A stretch of 64,000 bases of DNA, from contig CAIXGS010000012.1 of assembly GCA_903919125.1 (NCBI GenBank), positions 27,706-91,705 on the forward strand. The letters are read 5' to 3'. Below, one piece after another: positions 49,884-60,581 of the stretch; positions within the stretch are counted from its first letter, which is position 1; every line of letters begins with the position of its first letter. Source of the stretch: an uncultured Spartobacteria bacterium (GTDB lineage Bacteria; Verrucomicrobiota; Verrucomicrobiia; Chthoniobacterales; Chthoniobacteraceae). A model generated the notes under the pieces. It did no database searches. It saw only the letters and a list, made by a program, of their open reading frames with translations, and had not been told where the DNA came from. Both the position numbers and the translations under genes were made by a program.

Positions 49884-50859
49884 CTGGCCCGTCGCCGCGC
49901 TCTCCAGTGCCAGCGACTAGACTGACATCGCCCGACTTTCCATCGATCATGCGCACCACACTGTTCTCCGTATCTGCAATCCACGCATTGCCTTCTGCAT
50001 CCAACGAGAGCCCCGTCGGACCACCAAACGTTGCCTGCTTCCCTGGTCCCCCTTTCATTCCCCTCGCGCCCGTCCCCGCAACCAAGCGAATGCGCCGAGC
50101 CTTCATATCAAATTTGAAAACCTGACAACCTTCCTTGGTCGCAAGCCACAAATCTCCGTTTCGATCGAAATCAATCGCCCTAGGCCCATTCAACGGCGTG
50201 CCCTCAATAGGCGCTCCATCTGGGGTGACACCCACTTTTCCCGTACCTGCGAAAGTCGTTATCAAGCCGGTTTTGATTTCCAAGCGCCTAATCACATTGT
50301 TTCCAGTGTCGCAGATAAATAAATCACCCTCAGGACTAAATTGAATACCCTGAGGCTGACGCAAATGAGCGATCAAGGCAGTATCGCCATCCCCTGAATA
50401 ACCAGCCAAACCTGTGCCAGCAATGATCTCTGCTTTGCCAGTTTGCATGTCAACTTTGCGGATCACATGATTGCCCATGTCTGCGATAAACATATCGCCT
50501 TTGGCATCAAAACGAAGTTCCGGCGGACGCTTCAGGGCTGTTTCCTGCACCCAAGTTCCCGAGGGACTGAAATCCTTGGTGCCGCTTCCTGCAAAAGTGA
50601 AAATGAACCCATCGGGCCGAATTTGACGGATGCGATTGTTACCCGAATCGCAAAACCAGAGCGCCTTGTCTGGCCCACGTACTATACCGAAAGGGTTGTA
50701 GAGATTGGCTTTAAGAGCCTTACCGTAGTCTCCAGAGAGCCCCGGATTGCCCACCCCAGCGATAGCCTCGATCTTCCATTGCGCAGACGCGTTGGATCCG
50801 AGTAGCACACTCAAGAAGTAAATTAGATGGGAGATTCGCTTCATTTCGTCTGAACGCAA
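49765..50859 (-). CDS. NHL-repeat beta-propeller protein (secreted), paralog of the downstream gene
   Basis: Signal peptide plus repeated NHL-type motifs (D..GN.YV.D..NNR) as in the neighbouring gene. Confidence 0.65.
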   Translation of the reverse strand: MRSDEMKRISHLIYFLSVLLGSNASAQWKIEAIAGVGNPGLSGDYGKALKANLYNPFGIVRGPDKALWFCDSGNNRIRQIRPDGFIFTFAGSGTKDFSPSGTWVQETALKRPPELRFDAKGDMFIADMGNHVIRKVDMQTGKAEIIAGTGLAGYSGDGDTALIAHLRQPQGIQFSPEGDLFICDTGNNVIRRLEIKTGLITTFAGTGKVGVTPDGAPIEGTPLNGPRAIDFDRNGDLWLATKEGCQVFKFDMKARRIRLVAGTGARGMKGGPGKQATFGGPTGLSLDAEGNAWIADTENSVVRMIDGKSGDVSLVAGTGERGDGPDGDPLQCKFSRLHGIFADADGSIFIGDSEAHRIRVLRKK

Positions 50860-51065
50860 GACGCTCTAAAGCGTCTCAAATAACAATCTCTAATACAACG
50901 ACAACACATATCTGAGGTCAAACGAGACTTACGTAACTCAATTCGCGAAAATAGATAGCAAAGCTAAATTAAGAAGTCAGCTATCATTCGCATCCTCAAC
51001 CCTTTCAGGACTCATGCCAAAGCAAACTGTTCCACTTCATTCCCTTTAACACGAGCTTCACAAAG

Positions 51066-51138
<73 letters not shown>

Positions 51139-51262
51139 AGCTCGTGATCATTCGGAATCGACCAGTCTCCAAGTCGCTTTCCTCCAACCAAACTGAAGAC
51201 CTTTATCTGAACATAACGCCATCAAATCGTCACTCGGAATTCGGCAAATTACAGATCTTTAG

Positions 51263-52369
51263 TTGCAGGGTGCCCTTCCTTCGTGGAAAATAACAGACCG
51301 TCTTATGACATCAGAGGCCCGCCTTCACCCCCAAGATCCACTCCAGAAAACCTGCATCGAGAACGTCCGAGTCAACGGGGTTAAACGCCTGATAACCCCC
51401 GCACAAGTCAAAGACGAAATCCCAGCCTCGCCCCAGACGCTGGAGCGCATTCTTAATGCGCGCGAAACGTCGCGGCGGATTTTGCGCGGCGAAGATCCTC
51501 GGCTCATGGTCGTAGTCGGCCCTTGTTCGATTCACGATCCGGTGTCGGCGATGGACTACGCGCGTCGCCTCTACGCCTTGGCCCGTGAACTGGAAGACCG
51601 CATCTTTGTGGTCATGCGTGTTTATTTTGAAAAGCCTCGCACCACGGTGGGCTGGAAGGGGCTGATTAATGATCCGCATCTCGACGATTCAGCGGACGTC
51701 GAATACGGTATCAAGTTGGCGCGCAGACTGTTGCTGGACATTTCCGAACTGGGACTTCCAGCGGGAACCGAGTTTCTGGATCCCATTATTCCACAATACA
51801 TTGCAGATCTCATTAGCTGGGCGGCAATCGGTGCGCGCACCACTGAGTCACAAACCCACCGCGAAATGGCGAGCGGTCTTTCCATGCCGGTGGGATTCAA
51901 AAACGGTACGGATGGTAGTGTTCAAACGGCTCTCGATGCGATGCGCTCGGCCTGCGCACAGCACAGTTTTCTCGGAATTGATCAGGAGGGAATGACCAGC
52001 ATCATTCAAACAGCGGGCAACCCCGACAGCCATCTCGTGCTGCGTGGAGGACGGGATGGAACGAATTACGGTCCGGAGCATACGTCTGCGGCGGCGGAAA
52101 AATTGCGTCAAACGGGATTGCTCCCTGCGGTGATGGTGGATTGCAGTCATGCCAACAGTGGCAAAGATCCGCTTCGGCAACCGGAGGTGCTGCGCAACGT
52201 GTTACAACAACGCAAAGGCGGTCGCAGTGAACTGGTCGCGGTAATGCTTGAAAGCCATATTCATCTGGGCACTCAACCGGCAGCCAAGACGGGACTGAAG
52301 TATGGGGTCTCCATCACAGACGCGTGTCTGGATTGGGATGCGACCGAGGCGTTGTTGCGCGGGATCTAA
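51263..52369 (+). CDS. 3-deoxy-7-phosphoheptulonate (DAHP) synthase, class I; likely start at 51305
   Basis: GPCSIHDP...MRVYFEKPRTTVGWKGLINDPHLD class I AroF/G/H signature. Confidence 0.9.
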   Translation: MQGALPSWKITDRLMTSEARLHPQDPLQKTCIENVRVNGVKRLITPAQVKDEIPASPQTLERILNARETSRRILRGEDPRLMVVVGPCSIHDPVSAMDYARRLYALARELEDRIFVVMRVYFEKPRTTVGWKGLINDPHLDDSADVEYGIKLARRLLLDISELGLPAGTEFLDPIIPQYIADLISWAAIGARTTESQTHREMASGLSMPVGFKNGTDGSVQTALDAMRSACAQHSFLGIDQEGMTSIIQTAGNPDSHLVLRGGRDGTNYGPEHTSAAAEKLRQTGLLPAVMVDCSHANSGKDPLRQPEVLRNVLQQRKGGRSELVAVMLESHIHLGTQPAAKTGLKYGVSITDACLDWDATEALLRGI

Positions 52370-52423
52370 AAACGGCACGCAACGGTCAGAAAGCGGTGCG
52401 CAGCGATACACCACGTCTGTCGT

Positions 52424-53248
52424 CTAACCCAGCGTGGAGTAGTCGATTGTCGTGAGGCGGCGGCGGCGTTGCCCCAATTGCGGGATGCAGCCGATGAGCG
52501 CCTTGGTGTAAGGATGTTGCGGATTGTGAAGCACTTCTGCCGTGCTCCCATGCTCGACAATCGAACCGCGAAACATCACCGCCACGCGGTCCGCAATCCC
52601 TCCAATGATTCCGAAGTTGTGAGTGATCAAGAGCATCGCCATTTTGATCTGCTGCTTAATCAGTCGCATTTGATCGAGGATCTGCGCCTGCACAGTCACG
52701 TCCAACGCTGTTGTTGGTTCGTCCGCAACAAGTAATTGAGGGTGACAGGCCAGCGCCATGGCAATCATCACGCGCTGCTGCATTCCCCCAGAGAGCTGGT
52801 GTGGATAATCATGCATCCGCTTGGACGGGTCCACAATCCCCACTAGATCCAGGCACCGCGCAACCTCCGCATCAACGTCGCTTACCTCGGGTCGATGCAG
52901 GCTCAACGCTTCCGCAATCTGACTGCGGACGGTGAATACCGGATTCAAGGAAGTCGAAGGCTCTTGGAACACGTAGGCGATTTTGCCGCCACGCAACCGG
53001 CGCAACTCAGCGGGCGACATCTTCAACACGTCCCGGTCCTCGAATAAAATCTCCCCGCCAGAATACACTGCGGGTGGCTCCTGTAATAACCTCGTAAGCG
53101 CAAGGCCAGTAACACTTTTCCCACTACCACTTTCTCCCACAAGAGCCAGAGTCTCCCCAGCGCCAATGGAAAAACTAATATCCTTCACCGCATGCACTCG
53201 CGCGGCACCGGCACCGAAATCAATACTGAGAGAGCGTACAGAAAGCAT
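52424..53248 (-). CDS. ABC transporter ATP-binding protein (Dpp/Opp type)
   Basis: Walker A GESGSGKS, signature LSGGMQQR, Walker B LLVADEPTTALD. Confidence 0.85.
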   Translation of the reverse strand: MLSVRSLSIDFGAGAARVHAVKDISFSIGAGETLALVGESGSGKSVTGLALTRLLQEPPAVYSGGEILFEDRDVLKMSPAELRRLRGGKIAYVFQEPSTSLNPVFTVRSQIAEALSLHRPEVSDVDAEVARCLDLVGIVDPSKRMHDYPHQLSGGMQQRVMIAMALACHPQLLVADEPTTALDVTVQAQILDQMRLIKQQIKMAMLLITHNFGIIGGIADRVAVMFRGSIVEHGSTAEVLHNPQHPYTKALIGCIPQLGQRRRRLTTIDYSTLG

Positions 53249-53260
53249 GGGAACCGTGGA

Positions 53261-54298
53261 TTAGGAATTGGATTTTGGATCGAATGCACGACGAAGAGCA
53301 TCCCCCAAAATATTGAGAGAGAGGACTAACAAAAACAAGGCGGCGGACGCGGCAGCGAGATTCCACCAAACGAGAGGATCACGAGAAAGCTCTGAACGGG
53401 AGGCATCTATGATTGCACCCCAACTCGGGGTTCCCACCGGAGCGCCAACGCCGAGATAACTTAGAACGGCCTCAGCGAGCACGAGACCTGAGAAACCGAG
53501 GACGAACTTAATTACGATTAAATGCATCACATTGGGCAGAAGATGCCTTGTGAGAATTCTCCAATCAGACTGGCCCAATGCCTTCGCCGCCGCCACGTAC
53601 GGGCGCTCCATTTGCCGCAGTGCTTCGCCGCGAATCAAACGGGCCATCCCAACCCAACCGGTGATGCCCAAGGCTATCGCCATCGTTCCCAAGCCTTTTC
53701 CGAGAACCATCAGGATTGCGACGAGCATCAAAATCTCCGGTACCGCAGCGATCGTGCTGTAAAGATATTGCACCACATCATCAACCCAACCCCGGTAATA
53801 GGCGGCGAGAATCCCGAGTAAAACCCCTAACGGAATGTACACCAGACTCGTAAGTCCCCCGATCCAAAGCGCCGAGCGTGTCGCCCGGAGCGTCTGGACA
53901 AGTGTATCGCGTCCAAGCGCATCCGTGCCAAGTATATGCCTCTTCAGAAGAGGTTTAGGATCAGAAACTGAGAGTGCGTGGGTGGCCAAAGGCGCGGAGT
54001 AGCCTTTCTCTTGGGGGATGCCGGAAAGAAGCAGTTGCAGCACCGTGCGCGAACCTGTGTCTGTGGGATAGACAACGGTCTCAAGCGCTCCAACCACGAG
54101 AAACAGGGCTGCAATAGCGCCAGCAACCTGCCCGAGACGATCCCCGCGCAACCGGCGCCACGCCACGGCCCAGCGCTCCGAACGATTGCCCTGCCACACC
54201 AAAAGCGCCACGAGCAAGGCACCGAGCAATACCGCTAAGTTTGGCAACCAAATTGGCAGGAAGGACTGGTTTAGCCAGTCTTGGGACGAAGTGGTCAT
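53261..54298 (-). CDS. ABC transporter permease (DppC/OppC-like)
   Basis: Inner-membrane component pattern with EAA-like loop. Confidence 0.8.
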   Translation of the reverse strand: MTTSSQDWLNQSFLPIWLPNLAVLLGALLVALLVWQGNRSERWAVAWRRLRGDRLGQVAGAIAALFLVVGALETVVYPTDTGSRTVLQLLLSGIPQEKGYSAPLATHALSVSDPKPLLKRHILGTDALGRDTLVQTLRATRSALWIGGLTSLVYIPLGVLLGILAAYYRGWVDDVVQYLYSTIAAVPEILMLVAILMVLGKGLGTMAIALGITGWVGMARLIRGEALRQMERPYVAAAKALGQSDWRILTRHLLPNVMHLIVIKFVLGFSGLVLAEAVLSYLGVGAPVGTPSWGAIIDASRSELSRDPLVWWNLAAASAALFLLVLSLNILGDALRRAFDPKSNS

Positions 54299-54304
54299 AC
54301 GGGA

Positions 54305-55279
54305 CTAATGCAGACGGATTCGAGGATCAGCCCAAGCGTAGCAGACGTCGGTTAGAAGGAGGCCTCCAAGATAGAGGAGAGAACCGAGAAAAACCGAAGC
54401 TTGTACCACCGCGAAGTCGGGCAATTGAATGGCGGTAAACAGCACATTGCCGAGGCCTGGGATCCCGAAAAAATTCTCAAGCAATAGTGAGCCCATAATG
54501 AGGAAGGGAAGCGAGGCAACCACCAAGGTTATCAAATTGATAAGACCATTTTTGAAAACGTGCCCCATTAGTACCACAGCGGAAGAAACGCCCTTAGCCC
54601 GCGCAGTGCGGATATAGTCCTGGCCTAGTTCTTCGAGAAAAAGCGCCCGGAATAAACGCACATCTGCGCCCAAACCACTGACAATCATCAGAGCGATGGG
54701 CAGGAGTAAAAACTTGGCAGTGGACCATCCGTTCAACTGAAAACCAAACGCTGGAAAATAGTTGAACACCTGCGCGACAAGATATTGCCCGAAAATCACA
54801 TACACCATCACAGGCACACTCATCAAAGCGACGCACAACAGCGAGGCAATGAAATCTGCCGCCGCGTTTCGAATAAAAACAAGATAGAGGGCAAGTCCCA
54901 CGGACATCACCAGTCCGGCGAGGAAAGCCGGAACGGTTAACAAAAGCGAGGGGAGCGCCCCTTGGCGAAAAACCTCAGCTAGGGGTCGACCGGTGACATC
55001 GGAACTACCGAGGTCAAAGGTCGCGAGACGACGCATTTGGGAAATGAAAAGCGAGTCGTACCACGGTTGTTCGGGGATTCGGTTAATCAACAACGGCTTG
55101 TCATAGCCTCGGTTGTGCAGCCACAACTCAACGGCCTTCGGTGTCGCCTTCGGCCCCAAAACTCGATGGGCCATGGCTTTGGGACTCTGCACCATAAAGA
55201 AAAGCGCGAAGGTAAGCAGCATCACGCCCGCCACGATTGGAACGAAAAACAGAATCCGTCGGAGGAGATAGGAAAACAT
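54305..55279 (-). CDS. ABC transporter permease (DppB/OppB-like)
   Basis: Inner-membrane component pattern with EAA-like loop, DppB/OppB-like N-terminus. Confidence 0.8.
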   Translation of the reverse strand: MFSYLLRRILFFVPIVAGVMLLTFALFFMVQSPKAMAHRVLGPKATPKAVELWLHNRGYDKPLLINRIPEQPWYDSLFISQMRRLATFDLGSSDVTGRPLAEVFRQGALPSLLLTVPAFLAGLVMSVGLALYLVFIRNAAADFIASLLCVALMSVPVMVYVIFGQYLVAQVFNYFPAFGFQLNGWSTAKFLLLPIALMIVSGLGADVRLFRALFLEELGQDYIRTARAKGVSSAVVLMGHVFKNGLINLITLVVASLPFLIMGSLLLENFFGIPGLGNVLFTAIQLPDFAVVQASVFLGSLLYLGGLLLTDVCYAWADPRIRLH

Positions 55280-55282
55280 GGC

Positions 55283-57244
55283 TTAATTGCTCCGGTACGC
55301 CCGAATGCCCGCGACTGAGGCAGCGGCAAATATAAATAAAAGCAACCAGATGGGCCACAACGGCTTACGATTCCACTGATTTTGCAACTCCTCACGATTC
55401 CTTGGATCAAGCACTGCGTACTTAAGGCCTCCCTCCAGCATCGGGTTACTTTGAATCCGCGGCGCCCAAGGCTGACTGAGCGAAAATAAAGAACGGTGCA
55501 TGAGCAGGATATGGGGGACGTCTTCCGCCAGAAGCGCGTTCATTCGGGATACAAGCTCTTCACGTTTTAGGCCGTTTTCCATGGTCGCCATTTGGTCAAA
55601 AAGCGCGTCGTATTCTGGGCTGTTGTAACGCGAGGCGTTCTTACCCGCAGGAGGAATATTTTTGCTGTAGTACAAAAATAAAAAGTTCTCGGGATCCGGA
55701 TAATCAGCGCCCCAGCCGCTCCCGGCAGCGATTTGAAAACTGCCTTGATCCAGCTTTTCCATCAACCGTGCAAACGGATTTTCCACGACCTTAACCCTCA
55801 ACCCAAGCTGCTCAAACTGGCGCTGCTCAAACTCCGCTCCGAGACGTTCATCAGCGCTTCCACCGCTGGTATCAAGGGTGAGTTCGAGCACTTTCCCGGA
55901 GGCATCGCGTCCGTTAGGATAGCCGGCCTCGGCAAGCAACGCCTTCGCTTTTTCCAGATTGTAGCCGTACGGATTCCTAAAGTCTTTTTTATGTCCGGCA
56001 ATACCGGGCGGCAGAAGTTGTTGGGCGACAATCGGAACGCCGTTATAAAAAATATCCAAATACGTCGGCGTGTTGAACGCAGCAGAAAGCGCCTGACGCA
56101 GTTTGCGATTCGGCCCCAGCACCGGATCCTGCATATTCAGGCTCATGTAATAAGTGCTCGGCTCGGTGTCACGATGAAGCGCGACGCCCCGCTCCTTATA
56201 CTTCTCGGACAGGTCGCGACTCGGAGTGATCAGACTGGAAAACGCATCCTTGCCCACTCCCATGGCGTCCAGATAGCCCTGCCTGAAGAGCAGAAAAATT
56301 GGAATACTCTCGCGGAAAATCGTCATGCAAACCTCGTCGACCAGTGGGAGCGCCCGCCCCGCCAATGGCGCGAGTTCACTCTCCCGCGCGGGATCCCATC
56401 CGCCCGTGGGGAAAGTGGTGGTGCGATAATTGGGGTTACGAACGAAGCGAATACGGGTGTTGCGCTTCCACTCCGAGATTCGGAATGGCCCAGTGCCCAC
56501 GGGATGAAAGCGAAAGAGATCGCGCGCGATTCCATCGTGGACTTTTCCATCATAGTACTCGACCGCCTCCCGCGCCACTGGAGCAGTAAAGGGCATCGCA
56601 AGCCAGTAGAGGAGTTGAGGATAGACTTGGGTCAGATGAATTTCAAACGTATATTTCCCAGTGACTTGCAGACCGGAAATCGCACGTGAATAGTCGAACT
56701 GACCCGACTTGCGAGCGGCTTCAAACGCCTCACTCAATCCCTGCACATAATCCTGGAGCGTGGAGAGAGCAGGACATTCTACTTTGGGATCAGCGATCCG
56801 CTGAAAGGCAAACTGGACATCAGCGGCGACGACTTCACGGCCTTTACCGTCGGGGAAACAAGGGTCGTCGTGAAAAAGAATCCCCTGCTTCAGGGTGCAG
56901 CGAAAAGACGTCTTGCCGCCCTCACCCGTAATGCGCTCGGGAAGCGCTTCGAGAAGACAGCCTTGGAGCTCGTAGGGATCTGTCTTAAACGGATGGTACT
57001 CGAGCAGACACTCCTGCACGGGCTCAATCACGCGCTTCCCGACGCTGTCGTAACACACCTGCGGATCCAAGGAGCGAGGATCCTCAGGCAACGCACCGTA
57101 GCGAACCTTCCACGGAGAACCATCTGCGCCATTCTCCTGAAGCGGAGGCGGATAAGGGTTGTTAGAACAACCGGCGCCTAGCGTGAGACACAAAAAAACC
57201 GCCGCCAGCAGAGCTGAACGGCGGATAATTTTGAAAATGCTCAT
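55283..57244 (-). CDS. ABC transporter substrate-binding protein, family 5 (peptide/nickel type), lipoprotein
   Basis: Signal peptide with LGAGCS lipobox; large SBP_bac_5-like body; first gene of the operon. Confidence 0.8.
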   Translation of the reverse strand: MSIFKIIRRSALLAAVFLCLTLGAGCSNNPYPPPLQENGADGSPWKVRYGALPEDPRSLDPQVCYDSVGKRVIEPVQECLLEYHPFKTDPYELQGCLLEALPERITGEGGKTSFRCTLKQGILFHDDPCFPDGKGREVVAADVQFAFQRIADPKVECPALSTLQDYVQGLSEAFEAARKSGQFDYSRAISGLQVTGKYTFEIHLTQVYPQLLYWLAMPFTAPVAREAVEYYDGKVHDGIARDLFRFHPVGTGPFRISEWKRNTRIRFVRNPNYRTTTFPTGGWDPARESELAPLAGRALPLVDEVCMTIFRESIPIFLLFRQGYLDAMGVGKDAFSSLITPSRDLSEKYKERGVALHRDTEPSTYYMSLNMQDPVLGPNRKLRQALSAAFNTPTYLDIFYNGVPIVAQQLLPPGIAGHKKDFRNPYGYNLEKAKALLAEAGYPNGRDASGKVLELTLDTSGGSADERLGAEFEQRQFEQLGLRVKVVENPFARLMEKLDQGSFQIAAGSGWGADYPDPENFLFLYYSKNIPPAGKNASRYNSPEYDALFDQMATMENGLKREELVSRMNALLAEDVPHILLMHRSLFSLSQPWAPRIQSNPMLEGGLKYAVLDPRNREELQNQWNRKPLWPIWLLLFIFAAASVAGIRAYRSN

Positions 57245-57330
57245 TTGGGGGAGGAGTAAGATTCCGTAAAAAGTCGAATACCGGCAATCGCCTTTTCGCA
57301 GATTAAACTTAAAACTCCCCCATAGGCAAC

Positions 57331-58179
57331 TTAAGCGGTTGGAAGCTCTTCTCCTACGGTGAAGCGAAGGAAATTACGAATGGCGATAGACTCGCCCAAA
57401 GCCTTATTCTTCTCAGCGACCAATTGGGTTATCGTGATGTCGGGATTTTTGATGAACGCTTGCTCCTCCAAACAGGACGTCGCGTAGAACTTGTTCATCT
57501 TCCCTTCCACAATCTGTTCGATAATGTTCGCGGGCTTACCCACGACCTGACCGCGATACACTTCGCGCTCCCGCTCTGCGAGCGCCGCAGGCACGCTGTT
57601 CCGAGACACGCACACTGGGTTGGCTGCAGCAATCTGCAAAGTAATGTCGCGAACGAACTGCTTAAAATCTTCGGTCTGGACGGTGGCGTCGTTAGCAGCA
57701 CCCACTTCGAGAAGGACACCGACTTTACCGCCGGTGTGAATGTAAGAAGCAACCGCACCGCTTCCTTTAACTTCGAGACGCTTGTGACGACGCACACGAA
57801 TGTTTTCTCCGAGAGTTTGCACCGCGTTGACACGGTCAGCCTCGATATCGGCGTTGTCGTTTTCAGCAAACGCATTGGCGACAGAATCCGTGAAGGCTTT
57901 GAAGGCGTCGTTTTTAGCGACGAAATCCGTTTCGCAGTTCACTTCGACGAGCACTCCGACCTTGCCGTTGTGCACGATAGTCTGAGCGATAACGCCTTCC
58001 TTCGCTTCACGATCTGCTTTTTTCGCAGCGCTTGCGGCGCCTTTCTTGCGGAGCAAATCTACAGCTGCTTCCAAATCGCCATGGGTCTCGGCGAGAGCGC
58101 GTTTGCAATCCATTAATCCTGCGCTGGTTTTTTCACGCAACGTTTTAACCAACTGGGCATCAATCACTAGTTCACTCAT
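57331..58179 (-). CDS. tsf: translation elongation factor Ts
   Basis: N-terminal UBA-like LVKTLREKTSAGLMDCKRAL and duplicated EF-Ts core. Confidence 0.9.
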   Translation of the reverse strand: MSELVIDAQLVKTLREKTSAGLMDCKRALAETHGDLEAAVDLLRKKGAASAAKKADREAKEGVIAQTIVHNGKVGVLVEVNCETDFVAKNDAFKAFTDSVANAFAENDNADIEADRVNAVQTLGENIRVRRHKRLEVKGSGAVASYIHTGGKVGVLLEVGAANDATVQTEDFKQFVRDITLQIAAANPVCVSRNSVPAALAEREREVYRGQVVGKPANIIEQIVEGKMNKFYATSCLEEQAFIKNPDITITQLVAEKNKALGESIAIRNFLRFTVGEELPTA

Positions 58180-58356
58180 ACTTCAAAAATATCTGGTTTA
58201 ATTAAACTTTCGCCAATCGCATTTACGATCCTGGCCGAGCCGCTGACTAAAGGGAAACCGGCTATCGAGCAAACACAAAGGTGATCACTCGCATGAGCCG
58301 GTTGTACCGAGCACGGCCCCTTAACGGCCTGGAAGATTCAACAGACGTTCGACGAA

Positions 58357-59172
58357 CTACTCGCTAACAGCCGTCAAATCTTGCGGCGCAGCCTCGTCTT
58401 CAGGCACGACAGCAGCGGCAACTGGGCGGGTTGCGCCAGAACCAGCGAAGAGCGCATCAACGAGCTTTTGCAAAAGCACGCGGATCGAACGGATCGCGTC
58501 GTCATTTCCAGCGATGGGATAGCTGATCAACGCGGGATCCGCGTTGGTGTCAACGATTGCTACCGTCGGAATGTTGAGACGGCGAGCCTCCGCGACGGCG
58601 ATGCCTTCACGAACGGAGTCGATGATAATCATCGCGTCCGGAAGCTTTTCCATCGTGCGAATGCCTTCGAGATTGCGCTTGAGCTTTTCTCCTTCACGCC
58701 GGAGCGCGGAGATTTCCTGATTCCCCATTTTAGAGTATTCAGGCTGACTTTCGAGAGTCTCGATGTAGGTCATACGAGCGACGCTCTTGCGAATCGTCGT
58801 CATGTTGGTGAGGGTACCGCCAAGCCAACGTTGATTCACGTAAAACTGGCCGCAAGCTTGGGCTGCTTCTTTAACAGCTTCCTGAGCCTGCTTTTTGCAG
58901 CCCACAAACAGCACCTTGCCCCCGCGAGAAGCGAGGCTGGTGAGAAATTTTGTAGCAGCATCAAGCTGATGGACGGTCACGCCCAAATTGATAATGTGTA
59001 GGGCGTTGCGCTTCTCAAAGATGAAGGGTTTCATCTTGGGGTTCCAGCGCTTGCTCTGGTGGCCGAAGTGGACTCCAGCTTCGAGCAGTTCCGTCATGAG
59101 TTCTGTGGACATAGCTATTTGCGACTTAAGAAAAAGGGAGGGGAGAATGTGGGACGCAGGATAAAAACGCAA
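58357..59172 (-). CDS. rpsB: 30S ribosomal protein S2 (true start probably MSTELMTELLEAGVHFGHQ at about 59112)
   Basis: VHFGHQSKRWNPKM signature; classic rpsB-tsf arrangement. Confidence 0.9.
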   Translation of the reverse strand: MRFYPASHILPSLFLKSQIAMSTELMTELLEAGVHFGHQSKRWNPKMKPFIFEKRNALHIINLGVTVHQLDAATKFLTSLASRGGKVLFVGCKKQAQEAVKEAAQACGQFYVNQRWLGGTLTNMTTIRKSVARMTYIETLESQPEYSKMGNQEISALRREGEKLKRNLEGIRTMEKLPDAMIIIDSVREGIAVAEARRLNIPTVAIVDTNADPALISYPIAGNDDAIRSIRVLLQKLVDALFAGSGATRPVAAAVVPEDEAAPQDLTAVSE

Positions 59173-59278
59173 GCTTTGGTTTCAACTTTTCTGAGTTGCG
59201 CCCAATTTAACACAAGAAAGAGGCCGCCAGAACAAGTCCAGCGGCCTCAATTGACCAAACGCAACCCATTGTAATGGA

Positions 59279-59707
59279 CTACTTTTTGATATCAGAACCC
59301 GGCGCTACAGAACTCGGTGCGGTATGAGTTGGCGCCGCAGGTTCCTTCGCCCCAATGGAGACCCGCTTAGTTTCCCAAGCGTCTTCCAGCTTCAGTGCGG
59401 TGCCCCGCACAATGGAACCCACGCTGATGGCTCCAAATTGAGCCTGCTTATTGTCGATTAAGATCTCCGTCTGGTCGTTAACTTTAAACACCCGTTCCTT
59501 AATTTTTCCATTTAAGGTGAAAGTGCGTGCCACACTGTCCGTGGCCACAACGTTCCCTTGGAAAGGAATAGCGCGGGACATCACCGCCGCTGTCTTTTCG
59601 CTCATCTTCCCCTTCGCTTCCGTTTTTTGGTCTGCAGCAAATAAGGCAGGTGCCATTTGCATCCCGACCACCAACAGCCCAACTCCAAACATTCCTAGTC
59701 TCTTCAT
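59279..59707 (-). CDS. secreted hypothetical protein (142 aa)
   Basis: Signal peptide; ORF. Confidence 0.4.
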   Translation of the reverse strand: MKRLGMFGVGLLVVGMQMAPALFAADQKTEAKGKMSEKTAAVMSRAIPFQGNVVATDSVARTFTLNGKIKERVFKVNDQTEILIDNKQAQFGAISVGSIVRGTALKLEDAWETKRVSIGAKEPAAPTHTAPSSVAPGSDIKK

Positions 59708-59864
59708 TAGTTCGATTTTCTGTAGCCCTGCGCGCCGGAAGCATTCCAGCTACGCAAAGACGTTTCCGAGGAACCGCTCCCTTCCTGCTCCCGACTTCGA
59801 GACCCGACAGGAAAACGCCCGCCTCTTCCTCCCCATCGTTTCTAGGAAACGCTCTGGTCGGGTT

Positions 59865-60581
59865 CTAACGGGAAGGCAGCTTGTGTTGAAAAGCTTCTTG
59901 AAGCAAAGCAACACACTGTGCTCCAACATTTTCCTCGGAAACAGAGGCATCAACTTTTCTGAAAAACGGACGCTTAATCGACAAAAATATGCGTTGAACA
60001 GTCTCCAACTCCTCCAGCTTTTCAAACGCGTCCACGCCCCCTCCCCGAGCCCTAATCCTTGCCAAGGTTTGCACGGGAGGACAGTCCAAAAGCAGCACCA
60101 AATCCGGCTCCGGCGCGAACGCCTCATTCAACGCAAGCACGGCTACGGGATCTGCCCCACGCGCACCTTGGTAAGCGGCTGTGGAGAAATAATAGCGGTC
60201 CAATAAGATCAGCGCGCCCCGACCAAGCGCTGGCACAATCACCTCAGCGACGTGCTGGCGGCGGTCTGCGATAAACAGATCGAGCTCTTCTTCCATGGAG
60301 AAGCGTCCACTTAAAGCAGACTCTCTAAGACGCTTGCCAAACGGACTATCGGTGGGCTCCCTGCCCTGAACGACCTCCACGGGAAGGGTTGAGCAATAAG
60401 CGGCCAAACGCTTCAATACCGAGCTTTTACCCGATCCGTCCACACCTTCCACAACCACCAGCAAACCACCTGGAATCTTTTGCTTCATAACGGAATCCCG
60501 CCTAACGTTCACCTGCGACAACAAACCCCTCTGCTTCAAGTAAATCACGAACCTTAGCCGGAAAGTCGCCCTGCAATTCAA
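59865..60581 (-). CDS. tmk: thymidylate kinase (start probably MKQKIPGG at about 60488)
   Basis: P-loop EGVDGSGKSS and DRY-type LID region. Confidence 0.85.
   Translation of the reverse strand: MNCRATFRLRFVIYLKQRGLLSQVNVRRDSVMKQKIPGGLLVVVEGVDGSGKSSVLKRLAAYCSTLPVEVVQGREPTDSPFGKRLRESALSGRFSMEEELDLFIADRRQHVAEVIVPALGRGALILLDRYYFSTAAYQGARGADPVAVLALNEAFAPEPDLVLLLDCPPVQTLARIRARGGGVDAFEKLEELETVQRIFLSIKRPFFRKVDASVSEENVGAQCVALLQEAFQHKLPSR

Noticed and set aside
57244-57331. Possible intrinsic terminator after tsf (GGCGATTGCC hairpin followed by a T-run on the minus strand)
   Set aside because: Stem is short and the T-tract is not immediately adjacent; too weak to call from sequence alone.
55733-58116. 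Long plus-strand ORFs (55733..56689, 57424..58116) antisense to the substrate-binding protein gene and tsf
   Set aside because: Both sense genes are confidently identified; the antisense translations are low-complexity.
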